Origin: Takakia lepidozioides
Lineage: Eukaryota > Plantae > Bryophyta
Length of the DNA: 64,000 nt
Assembly (NCBI GenBank): GCA_030704615.1
Contig: CM060732.1
Location: 186,001 to 250,000, forward strand
Direction: 5' to 3'
Part shown: positions 26,413 to 38,464 of the stretch, in pieces
How the letters are laid out: every line of letters begins with the position of its first letter
Numbering within the stretch: the first letter of the stretch is position 1
Position numbers and translations under genes: made by a program
Notes under the pieces: generated by a model
Databases searched by the model: none
Seen by the model: the letters and a program-made list of their open reading frames with translations, nothing else
Told to the model about the DNA's origin: nothing

Positions 26413-28799
26413 TACAAGAGCCTCCCATCAAGAGCCTCCCATCTCTGGTGGCAGACTAGCTTGTTGTGGTGAAAAATCAATTAGATGGTCTTTCGGGGTG
26501 GCACAAAGGTTTGTCATAGGCTGAGCGCAACACCCACCTGCTCGCTCTGTACCAAAATTTCAATAGTTAAATCCCTGTGATTGAACCTTTTCTTACATCT
26601 GTGATCCTGGATTGCACTGCCGGCAACGTTTGTAGCTAACTCTGATGAGATTTTAATTGCCCGAAAGAACTCCAATTTGTTTTGAGAAAACCTTTTTTTA
26701 GCAGTTGCACATGTGATTTTCAACACCCATCAGACCTAAACCGTAGAGCTTACCTTCAGTTCTTAACCAGGCCCAAATATTAACAAATATATGTCCACAA
26801 ATTCTTTATTTCCCCCACACCGAACGTTTGGGACTGTTGAGAATCGCTTAGGTTTGATTTTGTTGGAAGTATTATGTTGACTTAATCGGTGTAGTGACTC
26901 TATGCTCTGTTGCAACTGGCTAGGTATCTCTGAAGGTTGGAGAGTAGTGATACTACTTGGCTGATGCAGCGAGCAAGTTTATGTAAGGATCAGTTTGCGA
27001 GAGACACTATGAGCAAGATATTTGGGGCAAATCCTGGAAGAACTGTCAGAGGGCTGGTTGAATCCAGTCCTGGTTAATTCCACCACACTTGCTCTAACCA
27101 GTTAAAAGTGTTCGTTTCTGAAGGTCCAGAGGTTAAGTTATAGCCCAGTTCATCAAAATTGATGTCTGCAAGAGTAGTTTGCTGGATTACTAAGGGAGTT
27201 TTCATCTGGAAGGATTTTTGTGAAAATGATATTTGGCAAAGGGCAGCACTACTTGAGGGGGCAGAGAGAATTTTGTGTCGGAAGGAGTAGTAAAGAGGAA
27301 ATATAGAGTTTTTGCATGGTGAAGAATTGAGAACAGATCGACATGGGTCTTAACATGTTCATAAACAGTTCAGCAAGCAAGGTTTATCCTGTTTCAAAGG
27401 ACTGCAGCTCTTGGCTGGATCAGCAGTTCGAGATACTTGCAACCGAAGCGGCATTCCAAGGGCCTCCACTGTATCTGTCAGATGTGGAGCTGGCAATGGT
27501 GCCTATATAGGTGATGTCAATGGTGTGACTAGCAATACTGGGGTGGAATCAAGCTTTGGAGAGTTTCTGAGATGGTAAGAAGCGACAATTTTGAGACACT
27601 GACGGCACACGTCACGCCAACGACAGAGCAGTTCTTTGCTAGTGAGGCGGAGGATTGCCCATCAGAAGGGTTCTCATCAGTTGCGGAGGCTGTGGATGCA
27701 ATTCGGCAAGGCAAGGTGTGATTGTCACTTTGTGTTTCTCACTAATGTAGGGGATATTCCCTAGCTCTGCAATATGACAGAAAGTCGTGAACTATTAAAT
27801 TTTAAATAGAGAAGCTTTGGAAAATAACAGAGTTGACAAGTCTGGCCACAGTTTGTGGTAGTTGTAGATGACGAAGACAGAGAAAATGAAGGCGATCTGA
27901 TAATGGCGGGATCACTGGTGACGCCAAAGTATATATCTTTTCTGGTTAAGCATAGCACAGGTATTGTCTGTGTGGGCATGAAGGGTGAGATTCTGGATCG
28001 TCTGAACATCCCTCTAATGGTTCCGGACAAGGACAACGAGGAGGCGCTTCTCACTGCCTTTACTGTTACTGTGATAAGTATCTGTTCACTTTTTCAGTAT
28101 CCAGTATGCATATTTATAAGAATCTCAGTTGAAAATTCACAAAACCCAACCCAAGCTATTTTTCGGCCTATTGACGGTTCAGGTGATTCTGGCATCCCTC
28201 CCTCTCTTGCATTGGAATGGGTACTATTCTGAAGGAGGGACCCTCTTGGAAAGCATGAATCGTTATGCCCACTTCTTGCTAAGTTTCAGAACTGCAAGAT
28301 TTTTTTGCCCTCCCTGGGTCTGAGCTCTGGGGGATTACTTGCATCAAATTCATTCTATGGTGAGAAAATCTGGTTAAAACCAACTCCATAGTTAGTCTTA
28401 CTACTGGAGCATGTTTTCTTCAATAGCACTGCTGATGTTCTATTCTCCTCCTGCCCTGGCGAATCAGACCTGGGGTGTCTGCCACAAGACTAAAGCAGAC
28501 AAAGGCTTCTTATCAAACTCTTACTCTATCAACTTCCAACAGATACAAACGCCCCCCCCGGCCTCCTTGGTCTTTCTTTCTATTTTGTTCAATGGGCGAC
28601 AACTAACATTTAGTCCAGTGGTAAGGGCACAAGCCGCCTCACTGGTGTGTTGTATGTCATATGGGTGTCCACCTTCCCACCAGAAGGCAATAGTCCTTCG
28701 GGGTCAAGTGACACCATAAGTTACGGTTGCTTCGGCAACACGTTCACATTTACTTTCATTTTTATTTTGTTCAATCGCCCCTTGGGTTGGGGAATGCTA

Positions 28800-30760
28800 G
28801 AACGTGAGCGTGGCCCCGTGAGCGTGTGAGCGTACGCTCACGCTACGTTGGCTCACAGCCCAGCCCAGCCCAGCCGTGGACGGAATCGTGGAAGATGTTG
28901 GGCCTAATACCGTGGGTGCACACCTATATCCGCGGAGATATGTAACATCCAAAAGGAAAATGCATTATGTAAAGACTTTGTTTCCCTATTTCCGAGGATA
29001 TATATATTTTTTTGTGTGTGTTCATTCCAATAGTACCCTAGCCCTATAACCACGACGTTTCTTCCCTAGGCTGGCCCCGGGACTCGGGAGAGCTACAGGT
29101 CCCTTGCAAAGACATGAGTCTTGCAAATGCCTCCGCGTACATTGGCAGCTCAAAAGATGGGGGTAGGCTTGAAAGGAAGTTGTTGCTTTGATCAGCTGGG
29201 AAAAACGGGCTGGAACCCAGTGGTCTCTTGCACAGGAGCAGCCAAGCAGAAAACTTTACTGACCAGCAAAAATGAATGGAATTGGAGGATGAGTGGAATT
29301 TAACTATCATGGAAATTGTTAACATTAACTTGCTGACTTACTCACAATCAAGCATAATTCCTAGACGTGAAACATGTGCAAAACTCGAAATCTGATTGCA
29401 TGATAGACTATAAACCCTAAAACCTACAACCTAAAACCTAAACCCTAACACTAAGTTAGATCCCCAACCCCAAACCTTGATACCAACCTAAAACCCAAGA
29501 GCCCTGTGACCCCCAGACTTCCAGCAGGGGGCATGAAAATGACAACACTGCCTAGATGCGTACCGGAAGCATGAACACAAGAATGACCCCTATAAGTGGT
29601 GTGCGTTACCACACACCACTTTCAGTGGCATGTGCATTTGAGAAATGGACACACTGCAGAAATGTCCTTATACAATATACACACAAGGAAATCCTCCAAA
29701 AGTGGTGTGCGGTGTGTTAGAGGGCTGTCTGGGACTTAGACAGTTTTATGGGTTCTGTGGGGTACCCTTAATTTTGTGCAGACTTATGGATGGTAGGCTC
29801 AGACCAACAGAGGCCTTAGGGATGACAGACACAGGCCTTAAGGGTGGTAGGCAGGCTCACACAGTCAGTCACATGCTTACATAGCCTGACACAGCTTGTC
29901 ACAGTCTTACACAGTTAGACATAGCTTGACACAGCCTGTCACAGCCTACCACAGTCAGACACAGCCTGACACAGTCTGATACAGCTTGTCACAGTCTGAC
30001 ACAGTCTTATACAGCTTGACACAGCTTTACACAGCCTTACACAGCCTATCACAGCCTATCACAGTCAATTACAGTCTATCACAGTCTATCATAGCTCGAC
30101 ATAGCCCGACACAGCCAGTCACAGTCCGACACAGCTTGGCACAGCCCGTCACAGCGTTCACAGGGAACGGTTATCATTGGCAGGGAACAATTGTGTGGGA
30201 ACGACATCTGCAGAGGGAACGTGCATTCTGTCTTGGATGACAGTTAGTTAGTTAGGCGGTTAGAACAGCTTGCAGGTAGAATAGGCAGAGTAGCAACATG
30301 GAGGGGGGCACTTCTGGGGGCATTTTTGGGGTTATCAAGGAAGGAGATCAGGCGGAGAGCACGATCTTGAGCGCAAGGATGGAGAGCACGGTGAAGGAGG
30401 AGAGACAATCTATTGAGAGGAGGAGAGACAATCAGTGGCAAGTGCATGTGCGTCCATTTCCCTTGATGTGTCGTGCCACAAAGACCGAGTCCTCAGCTCC
30501 TTGCAAAGCATTTCAGACTTCAGGGGTGGGATAGATGATAAAGGTGAAGTCTGAAATGACTGTAAAGGGCAATTCATTCCGCGGAAATATGAACATCCCG
30601 CGGAAATACGTCCTCTATGTTCAAAATTAACACGCACACCACTTACAGGGGTCGTTCTTGTATTCAAATACTTCACGCTGACGTGGCGGGGGTACGGGCT
30701 CATGCTGACGTGGCGTGAGCGTACGCTCACACGCTACGCTCACACCGTAGCGTCGCTGCC
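28800..30760. mobile_element. Non-autonomous TIR DNA transposon in a RibA intron
   Basis: Inverted ends AGCGTGTGAGCGTACGCTCACGCYACGT at about 28820-28850 and 30703-30740; internal AAACCCTAA-like and CACAGCC repeats. Confidence 0.7.
29860..30160 (+). repeat. Degenerate 10-bp CACAGCCTGW minisatellite
   Basis: Tandem acagcctgac/acagcttgtc units. Confidence 0.9.
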
Positions 30761-31727
30761 TTGGGTTCCCTCGTGCGTGCATTATACCAGTCTTTTCTTT
30801 TGTTTCCTATCTCCCTGTAGTAGTTGGAGACTACCTGTCCACATATCTTTAGGAGGTAGTCTAAAAGTGTATTTTTGGGAATTCACTAAATGTGTCTCAC
30901 TATGCCACAAATATAAGCGGAAAAGGGAGAAGCTAGTAGAGCGGACAGTGGTGGCACGTCTGCCTACAAAATGGGGCACCTTCAAGGCCTACAGCTACAC
31001 TTCACACCTTGATGGCATGGAACACATTGCCATGGTTAAGGTATTATCCTTCTCTTGCTCACTCTTGTTCTATGCCTTATATTAGTGTGATATCTGATTC
31101 ACGTAGCACCCTACTTCCTTGTGTGGCTATCAGTGGCCTTCCCTTCCCTCGACTTAACTAGCACAGACCTGCCTAGCAAGGCTCCAATCATATCTTGACA
31201 ACAATTTATTTAGCCAAATGTAATCCCACTTATACACTTTGTGAGGTGGTCACAGAGCCGTGGCTGTCCTTGATTATTGTATTGTACGCAGTATAAAGAT
31301 TAGCTCAAGAACCCAAGCCCATTTTCTGAATAAGAATATGAAGCACTCCATCACTAACTCCAACTAATGCACCACCTTAAACTGAAGAGAATACAAGATC
31401 CCTGGCCAAAGTAATAGTTTGCAAACTTGTATTCAAGGAAAACAGTTTCATATTAACCAAAATATGGACTTTTGTACTAACAAATGCATATGTGTCATGT
31501 TTGGAACCACCACATTGCATGTCTGTTTGTAATGCCAAGCAGTTCTATAATTTGAAAACTTGTATGACAGGTACACAAGTTCCATTTTAACCAAAATAGG
31601 AACTTTTGTACTAACAAATGCTATGTGTCATGTTTGGAATAAAGTAGTAACAAGATAATTACATGTCACATGCATGAAAATGAACGGCACAAGTTAGAGG
31701 TTCTTTTTTTGTGCATTTCATGTGTCA

Positions 31728-32627
31728 CTAAGAAGTTGAACTAGGGTCCTTCTTTAGCATAGCCCTAACCTCTAACTGGCTAAGGGAAGGTTGGTGGATC
31801 TCATAAGCCCCGGCGCATCCTAGATGCACGTTGTACATGAAGTACATGTGCTTACAAGGTAGATATGTTTGTTTTTTCTTCTTGACAAATAGCTCATCAA
31901 AGTCGGGACAATCACAAGATGGAAACTGACCAATGTATACATTGTAAACCAATCCTGCTCTGGTAGATCCCTCTGTTTGTAGCTGGTAAATTTTCCCATA
32001 ACCTGGCTGAGGCACGTTTCTGAATCCACGAACCTCAGCAATAAGAGTCTCCGCTGACTCTTGGCGACTCAAGTGTCGAGGAGTCGGATCCCGACGCCGA
32101 ATGCGCACCCCATAGCGTGTAGTGGGATACTTACCCACAGGAAGGACAACACCTTGATGCATATGTTGTTCCACTGGAAGTGGTCCCACAGGAAAGTTCG
32201 GATCAGGAACGTTGGGAGGATGGACTGCTCTAAAACCAATAAATTGATTAAGACACCCATAACAAAATATTTAGTTACTTTATCACTTACTTTATATTGT
32301 ATTATGAAGGCGCCGCCACAAAGTAACATGTCAATCGTACAACCATCTTCTGAGGATCCACGTGTAACCCATGTAGTCCAAAAAACACTAACGCCAGAGT
32401 GTATAAAAAATGTTCACATTTCAAATTTGGCCAATTTGGCCTTTTTAAGGCCTTCGCCTTCGCGAAGGCCCCCCTTTCCCCCCGCTCTCCTTGGCGGGGG
32501 CAGGTTTGAACCCGCAACCTAGTAGAAAATACACCACAACCTTACCAACAAGCCATGCTCTATTCAATAAAACAACCTCTACTTTTTTGTTAATAAACTG
32601 TTTCTTTTCAGTTAAACTTGTTGCCAT
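31728..32627 (-). CDS. SWIM zinc-finger protein (MEKK1/ZSWIM2-like SWIM), probably multi-exon; 5' end uncertain
   Basis: EGST..YNVYIGQFPSCDCPDF...LPCKHMYFMY gives CxC-x-CxH in ORF 31728-32189. Confidence 0.75.
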
Positions 32628-32846
32628 TACTACATGACTAACCCGGTATCATTACTACACTAACGTAGTCTAGTATACTTGCACATTATCCCTTGCCACT
32701 CCCCCAAACAAACACACACAAACTACACAAGCACTTAACACGTCTCTAGTCTCTACACCCTGGAGACTCCCGTTGCGAAGAGGAGACGGAGGCGCCGCAT
32801 CTCGGCCTTATACTATACCACCCCGAGGCAACGAGCTGTTGCGGCG

Positions 32847-35800
32847 ATGGGGAGGAAGAAGGACACTCGAGGGGGAGGCGTTGCTGGTGGTGGTGGTGGT
32901 AGAGGCAAGCTGCGGACGGAGAAGGTAAGCTGTAGTTTTGTTTTTTTTCATGACCTGCACTTAGGCATATGCGCCATCGCATAAGCCCCACCAAGCTGCT
33001 CCTTATCTAGCACATCCGCCGGCGCAGATGCCTAAGTCACTTCAAGTCTCACAAGTTTGCGAATCTCCACACATACACACAACCGTCTCCGCCGGCGGAG
33101 ACAGCTCATTCCCCTTGGTTTTTTCTGATGCTTGGAAGGGCTGGGCTGCCACCTCCGCCGGCGCATACCGTTGGAGCTGGGATGCTCGCATGTTTCAGGA
33201 AGTGCTCCTCTACTCCCATCCCGTTTATTTTTTTGCATGCTCATACGTTGCTGATGCTCCGAGCGGGTTGGGCTGGCGTATCCGCTGGCGCATACCTGTG
33301 CAGCAGGGCTGCTCAAATGTTTCAGGAAATTCTCCCCTTTTCCATCTTCTTTGTTTTTCCGCATGCTGATGCTCCGAGTGGGCTGCGCTGGCATATCCGC
33401 CGGCGCATACCCATTGAGTACATTTTTTTTTCTGCTCAGATCATAGGTTTCAGGAACCTCCTGCAAGCGTCTCCACCGGCGGAGACACTTGGAGCTTGGT
33501 TATTTTTGCATATTCCCTGTGTTACGGAAGCTCCAAAGCGCCAAGGCTGCCACCTCTGTCAACACAGACCCGTGCAGCAGGGCTGCTCACATATTTCAGG
33601 AAGTTCTCCCCCCCTTCCATCTCTTTTGTTTCTCCGCATTCTCATAAGTTGTTGATGCTCCGAGCGGGCTGGGCTGCCATATCCGCCGGCGCATACCCAT
33701 TGAGCACAATCTTTTTTTGCTTAGCTCCTAGGTTTCAGGAACCTCATGCAAGCATCTCCGCCGGCGGAGATGCTTGGAGCTTGGTTTTTTGTTGTATATT
33801 CCTTGTGTTACGTAAGCTCCAAAGTGTCGAGGCTGCCACCTCCGTCGGCGCAGACGCCTGGGGAACCTTCCCTATTTTGGTTGATCACAGTATTCAAGTA
33901 TTTCAAAGCTTCTACGTTGCCACCTCCACAACTCCACATGCTTCCATAGGCCTAGTTTGATCTTTCAAGGTGCTCCTGTATGTTTGGCTACAACCTCCCT
34001 TCCATGGTATGCGCCGGCGCATATGCTTGGAGCTCCTTGAGCAAAAATTTCTTCAAGGGCCTCAAATTTTGAGTTGGTTGCACATATGTGTCATATGCGC
34101 CGGCGTAGGTGGTCGGAGGTCCTCTGTCAGGATGCTCACGCCTGTATTCTGCTGCAAGTTGTAAGCTTTGAAAGACAAGGATATTCATGGAATTAGTTGA
34201 CTATCCAAATTCATTTGTTTTCTTCATGCAACCATGACACTGAACTGCTCTTTTTACATATTATACATTCACACATGTGCTCTTCTCATACACTGACATC
34301 TTGAACTGTTTTGGTCTATGGAATTAGGAAATTACTACTACAACTAAAGCTGTGGAGGCCGGGACGCTTGCAACCATTATTGACGACATTGATGCAGGGA
34401 ATTGGGGGGCAGATGAGTATGAAGAGGATACAACATCTAGTGATCCTCTTTCTCTAGATGCCAAACAGGCAATTATTCTGGAAAAGAAACAAGATCTGAA
34501 TGTAACTTTCAGGTCCCTCCTCATTGAGGATGGAGTTATGGACATTCCATTGTGTCGCATGATTTCTATGCAGGTTGTTAGGCCCGCCCTTGCCAACGAC
34601 ATCCTAAAGCTTAGAGGAGACTTCTATTCTGGATACCATCCAGGAGCAGCCGTGTTCTATGTTTCTGTTGAGGGGATTGATGGATCTACTGTAGATGTAG
34701 GTCCTGATATCATCTCTACATGGGATAGTCATTGATGAGTTTGAGAAGTATCTTGAGTCCAAGCCAAAGTTGCATCATCTTCGGGGGAAGATGTTTCATG
34801 TCTGGGATGGGAATCATAGGCTTCAAGCATGGTATCCCTATATCAATGAAGTTCATGGGGCCAACTTGTCAAGACATGTCTGTGTGACAAGTTGGGTGCT
34901 CAATGCGGACATTGAAAATCGTGGTTCCCTCAGGTCCATCATGGATGGAGTGAATGTGTGAGTTTCCTTTCTATTCTTCATTTCTTTCATGTTCAATGTT
35001 GTCATGTTCTTGCTCAATGGATGTACATATACACATCTTCTTTCTAATGATCATATTTTATATGTGCAGGGCAACAGAGAGGGCACATGTTACATCCAAA
35101 TTTGTGCACTTGGTTTGCAAGGTCAATATGATTGGCCTTACACCTGTCTCTGAATGGAAGAATGTATTGAGGAAAGAGCAATACGACGAATGTATCAAGA
35201 AAGCAGGAAAGACTTGGTATAACCTGACAGTCCATGCAATGACAGAGATTTTGTACAAGGTAACATCATGTCTTAACCAAGTTTCATTCTTTGCATCCAT
35301 AGACAAGATTCACCTCTGGTTCATGTTATGAACTGTTTTGGTTCTTTTGGCAGCATGATATTGTTGAGGCCCAACGCATGGCGGGGGAAGCTTACAAACT
35401 TGCTGATGGGCCAAAGAGTCAAGAGGGCCTTGAAGATACAATGAGACAGGCTGGATTGAAAGCAAGGGAGCAACACAAGAGTCAGCTTGTGAAGTTGCTT
35501 CCTATTGCTGATCCAACCCTTGGAGAGGGGTTTCTCCAAGAACTTAAACTGCATTGGTCACGTGTAAAGGCAGGATAAGAGGAAATGACCCAAGAGAAAA
35601 TGGTGAACATTGCTACCGCCCGGGTGGATCCTGAAGAAAAGGTGGAATGGCTACATATATGGAATGGAGACCAAACACTTCACGACCGTAATTTTTTTCC
35701 ACCCGGGCCTATCAGTGGGCCAACACTTGATCCTTGGCTGAATAGAAGGACTTTTTGGTGGCAGGTACATATACAATCACTATCTTCTCAATGCAATTAA

Positions 35801-38464
35801 TTCATTTTGTTGATGACACATCAACATAGTTATTTAACTGACTGTATTTTCTGGCAGCTTCGCAAGGTTGCCTTGGCTCAGTTTGCCTTGTACACCACTC
35901 AGCTTGGCCAATTTCATGTTGCCTTGGAGGAAGGAGAGAGTGAGAGTCTGGGAGACTACATGGATACATGGAAGATGACTCATTTCAATGAGTTGTTTCA
36001 TAGAGAGTTCTCATTGCCAAAGGGGCCATTCAGAGGCAATGATTGGGAACAACAAACAGGTGGGGAGAAGGTGGTGAGACGGATTTTATTCAGGTACCAT
36101 CTTTCCATTGCATTGTACATGGATAGTGTATACACCTTGTAAGTCAAAAATGTCTATGCTTCAAGTATTTTTCTAGTACATTGGGATATACATGTTTCTT
36201 AATGTGCTTGTTCAATTGTTGAACAGGTTGCATAAATATTTGTCTCCACAATAACTTTGAATGTGTTTGTATTTTAGGTACATGAGATTTGTGCTTGTAC
36301 CGAGTGATCGACTTAAGGCTGAGCCCAAGTTTCTGATGGCCTGGAAGTTTGGTGCTCAACAAGCTTCCATGTACACACCTGCAATTGAGGAAGATTGGGG
36401 TGTGGAACACCAGGAAGGGGGGGGTTGGTATTTGGATATGCCCAAGGGTATTATCCCCTATGCAGAAATGGGACTTCATAAGGAATGTGTTTGCAGGCAG
36501 TCAGTGAGTGATGAAGGGGGTATCTCCACTGAAGTCCATGTTCTTGATCTGGAGCATGCAGAACAGATTGCTACACAGGCCGCTGACGCTGTAGCCCAAG
36601 TGGTCCATGCCGTTGTGGGTGTACCAAAACGCAAATCACGAAAAAGAAAAGGTGCGGATGTCAATGCAGGTGTGGCCCCCAATGCAGGTGTGGCTTCTAT
36701 TGCTGGTCCTATTGGTAGTTCTTCACATCCTTCAAATCAGTTGGTTGTAGTGCCTACACCTACTACTCGAGGAAACAAGCCAAAGGCAGGCGAACATCCT
36801 TACAGTGCAGTGTCATTTTCTGGTGGTGCACCTAGCATGTATCGCATGAAGATCATGCCTACTCATTTCATTGATATGGTGGAGGCCTCAAGTACATCTC
36901 CTGATGCGACCTTGAAAGAGCTCATGGAGTTCTTAAAAAATGTGAGTTTCCCCCAACAAACAAACTTGAATGTAAGGAATTCTTCGATGTTTTTATATCC
37001 TCATCATCCGGCTATTGACTCCTACATTTTCTGTATGTTGTTTGCAGTTGCCAGGAACTTGGTCTAGTGTTGTGGATGGAAAAAGCGTGCATGTGGCTGT
37101 GGACATGATCATCGTGGACTGCCCAACAGGAATGCCTGTACAGGGCTGTTTGGATGGTGTACAGGTTCCTCCCTGGAATGCTTTTGATAAACGGTATTGG
37201 GAGTATGCATTCTCCATTGCTAATGACCTGTTGGATGACAATGGATGCTTGGTGTTCTTGCAGGGCTCCGATGATTCATTTGCATTGGAGCTCTTTTCTT
37301 ACTCCAGGGGCAGCTCTATTTCGTATTATCAAGGAAATATACTTGCATCAATACCACCCCTCTACACACTCAGACAGGAAAGGTAAAAATCATCCCTCTT
37401 CAATATCTCATTGTTTGATGTTTCATCTTCCTACTCTCATACATATTATTAAACCATCCGGGTGCACTGTTTTTGTGGAAATGGCACGTCTAACAGACCA
37501 TGTTCTTCCACGCCCATGTCCTCACCAAGCAAGGAGGACTATTCAAACTGTGTGAGTCTGGCAAAGTTGTGGACCCCCTTGCAGACCCTGTTGAGTTGGA
37601 TGCCATCTACAACCACATTCCAGATGTTGCACTACCCATGCAAACTCCTCAACAAGCCTGGAGGGGTGCGCGAGACCGTAGTCCCGCCTTCATGCAAGTG
37701 TTGTTGGAGACATGCTCACCTCCTGGCTCCCGCATTTTGGATCTCACAGCTGGCACAGGTTTGCATTGGTCTCCATTTTGTAATTAAAATCTTCTGAGTT
37801 GATTCATGATCATTAACTGTTATCCGATATAATATCATCATTGCATGTTTTTTTCCTGCAGGTTCTACATTTATTGCTGCCCGCGAGTCTGGACGTCACG
37901 TATTTGGTCTTGAGGGGGACCAGACGTTGTATGCAGCACGTCTCTCTGCACTTCAAAATACTCAACCCGTTTTGGTTTCATCTGTGGTAACTCCAACCAT
38001 TCAACGTCCTATGAGTTTGTTGGAACCCCCCGCTCCTAAGGTGGCGCGCAAGCTTGGTCTTCATCTCGGCAGTACTTCCTAGTGAGTATGTCTCGCCTCC
38101 ATTCCCTTTGTTGCAATCTCTATATTATTTGCAAAGCAAACCATTCCCATTTGATTTGTTAACATAAGTATACATGTATGTGTGATGCAGTGATGGGATT
38201 GTGCGGACCATCTACGATAGTCTACCCCAAAGTCCTCTTTCATCGTTTTATCTACCTTCGTATGCCGAGTCCCAAGCTTTGCATTCAATACATCAACAAC
38301 GTGATGTAGGTCTTTCCAATGATCTCTTGTTTGACCGAAGAGCAGCTATTGTTGGACAATCCGTGGATAGGTTGCGTAGAGTTGAGGCTTTCATGGATGT
38401 GTATGCCTCTGAATCACAGGCTTATGACACGGATGATGAAGTATCAGCTGATGATGTTATGTAG
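32847..38464 (+). CDS. ParB/Srx-like plus beta-class N4C/N6A DNA methyltransferase-like fusion gene, copy 2 (about 10 exons; lesion near 34733)
   Basis: Approximate GT-AG exons 32847-32924, 34328-34957, 35070-35259, 35354-35764, 35859-36093, 36278-36941, 37049-37382, 37497-37758, 37862-38081, 38191-38464; motifs IPLCRM..VRPAL, WDGNHRLQAW, DMIIVDCPTG, RSPAFMQVLLETCSPPGSRILDLTAGTG|STFIAARESGRHVFGLEGD. Confidence 0.8.
33010..34110. repeat. Array of TCCGCCGGCGSA / ATGCGCCGGCGCAT palindromes in predicted intron 1 of copy 2
   Basis: About 11 copies, e.g. TCTCCGCCGGCGGAGA at 33086 and 33755. Confidence 0.85.

Larger units (their letters stand above)
27343..31040 (+). pseudogene. RIBA: RibA bifunctional DHBP synthase/GTP cyclohydrolase II pseudogene; exons about 27343-27715, 27852-28073, 30911-31040
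   Basis: PSEGFSSVAEAVDAIRQGK|VVVVDDEDRENEGDLIMA..TAFTVTV|YKRKREKLVER..RLPTKWG..DGMEHIAMVK; broken splice sites and middle exons not found. Confidence 0.9.

Noticed and set aside
29410-29495. True or interstitial telomere
   Set aside because: Short, degenerate and located inside a TIR element
32847-38464. Bacterial contamination or an unmodified prophage gene
   Set aside because: Multiple GT-AG introns shared among copies and interdigitation with plant PPR and TE sequence
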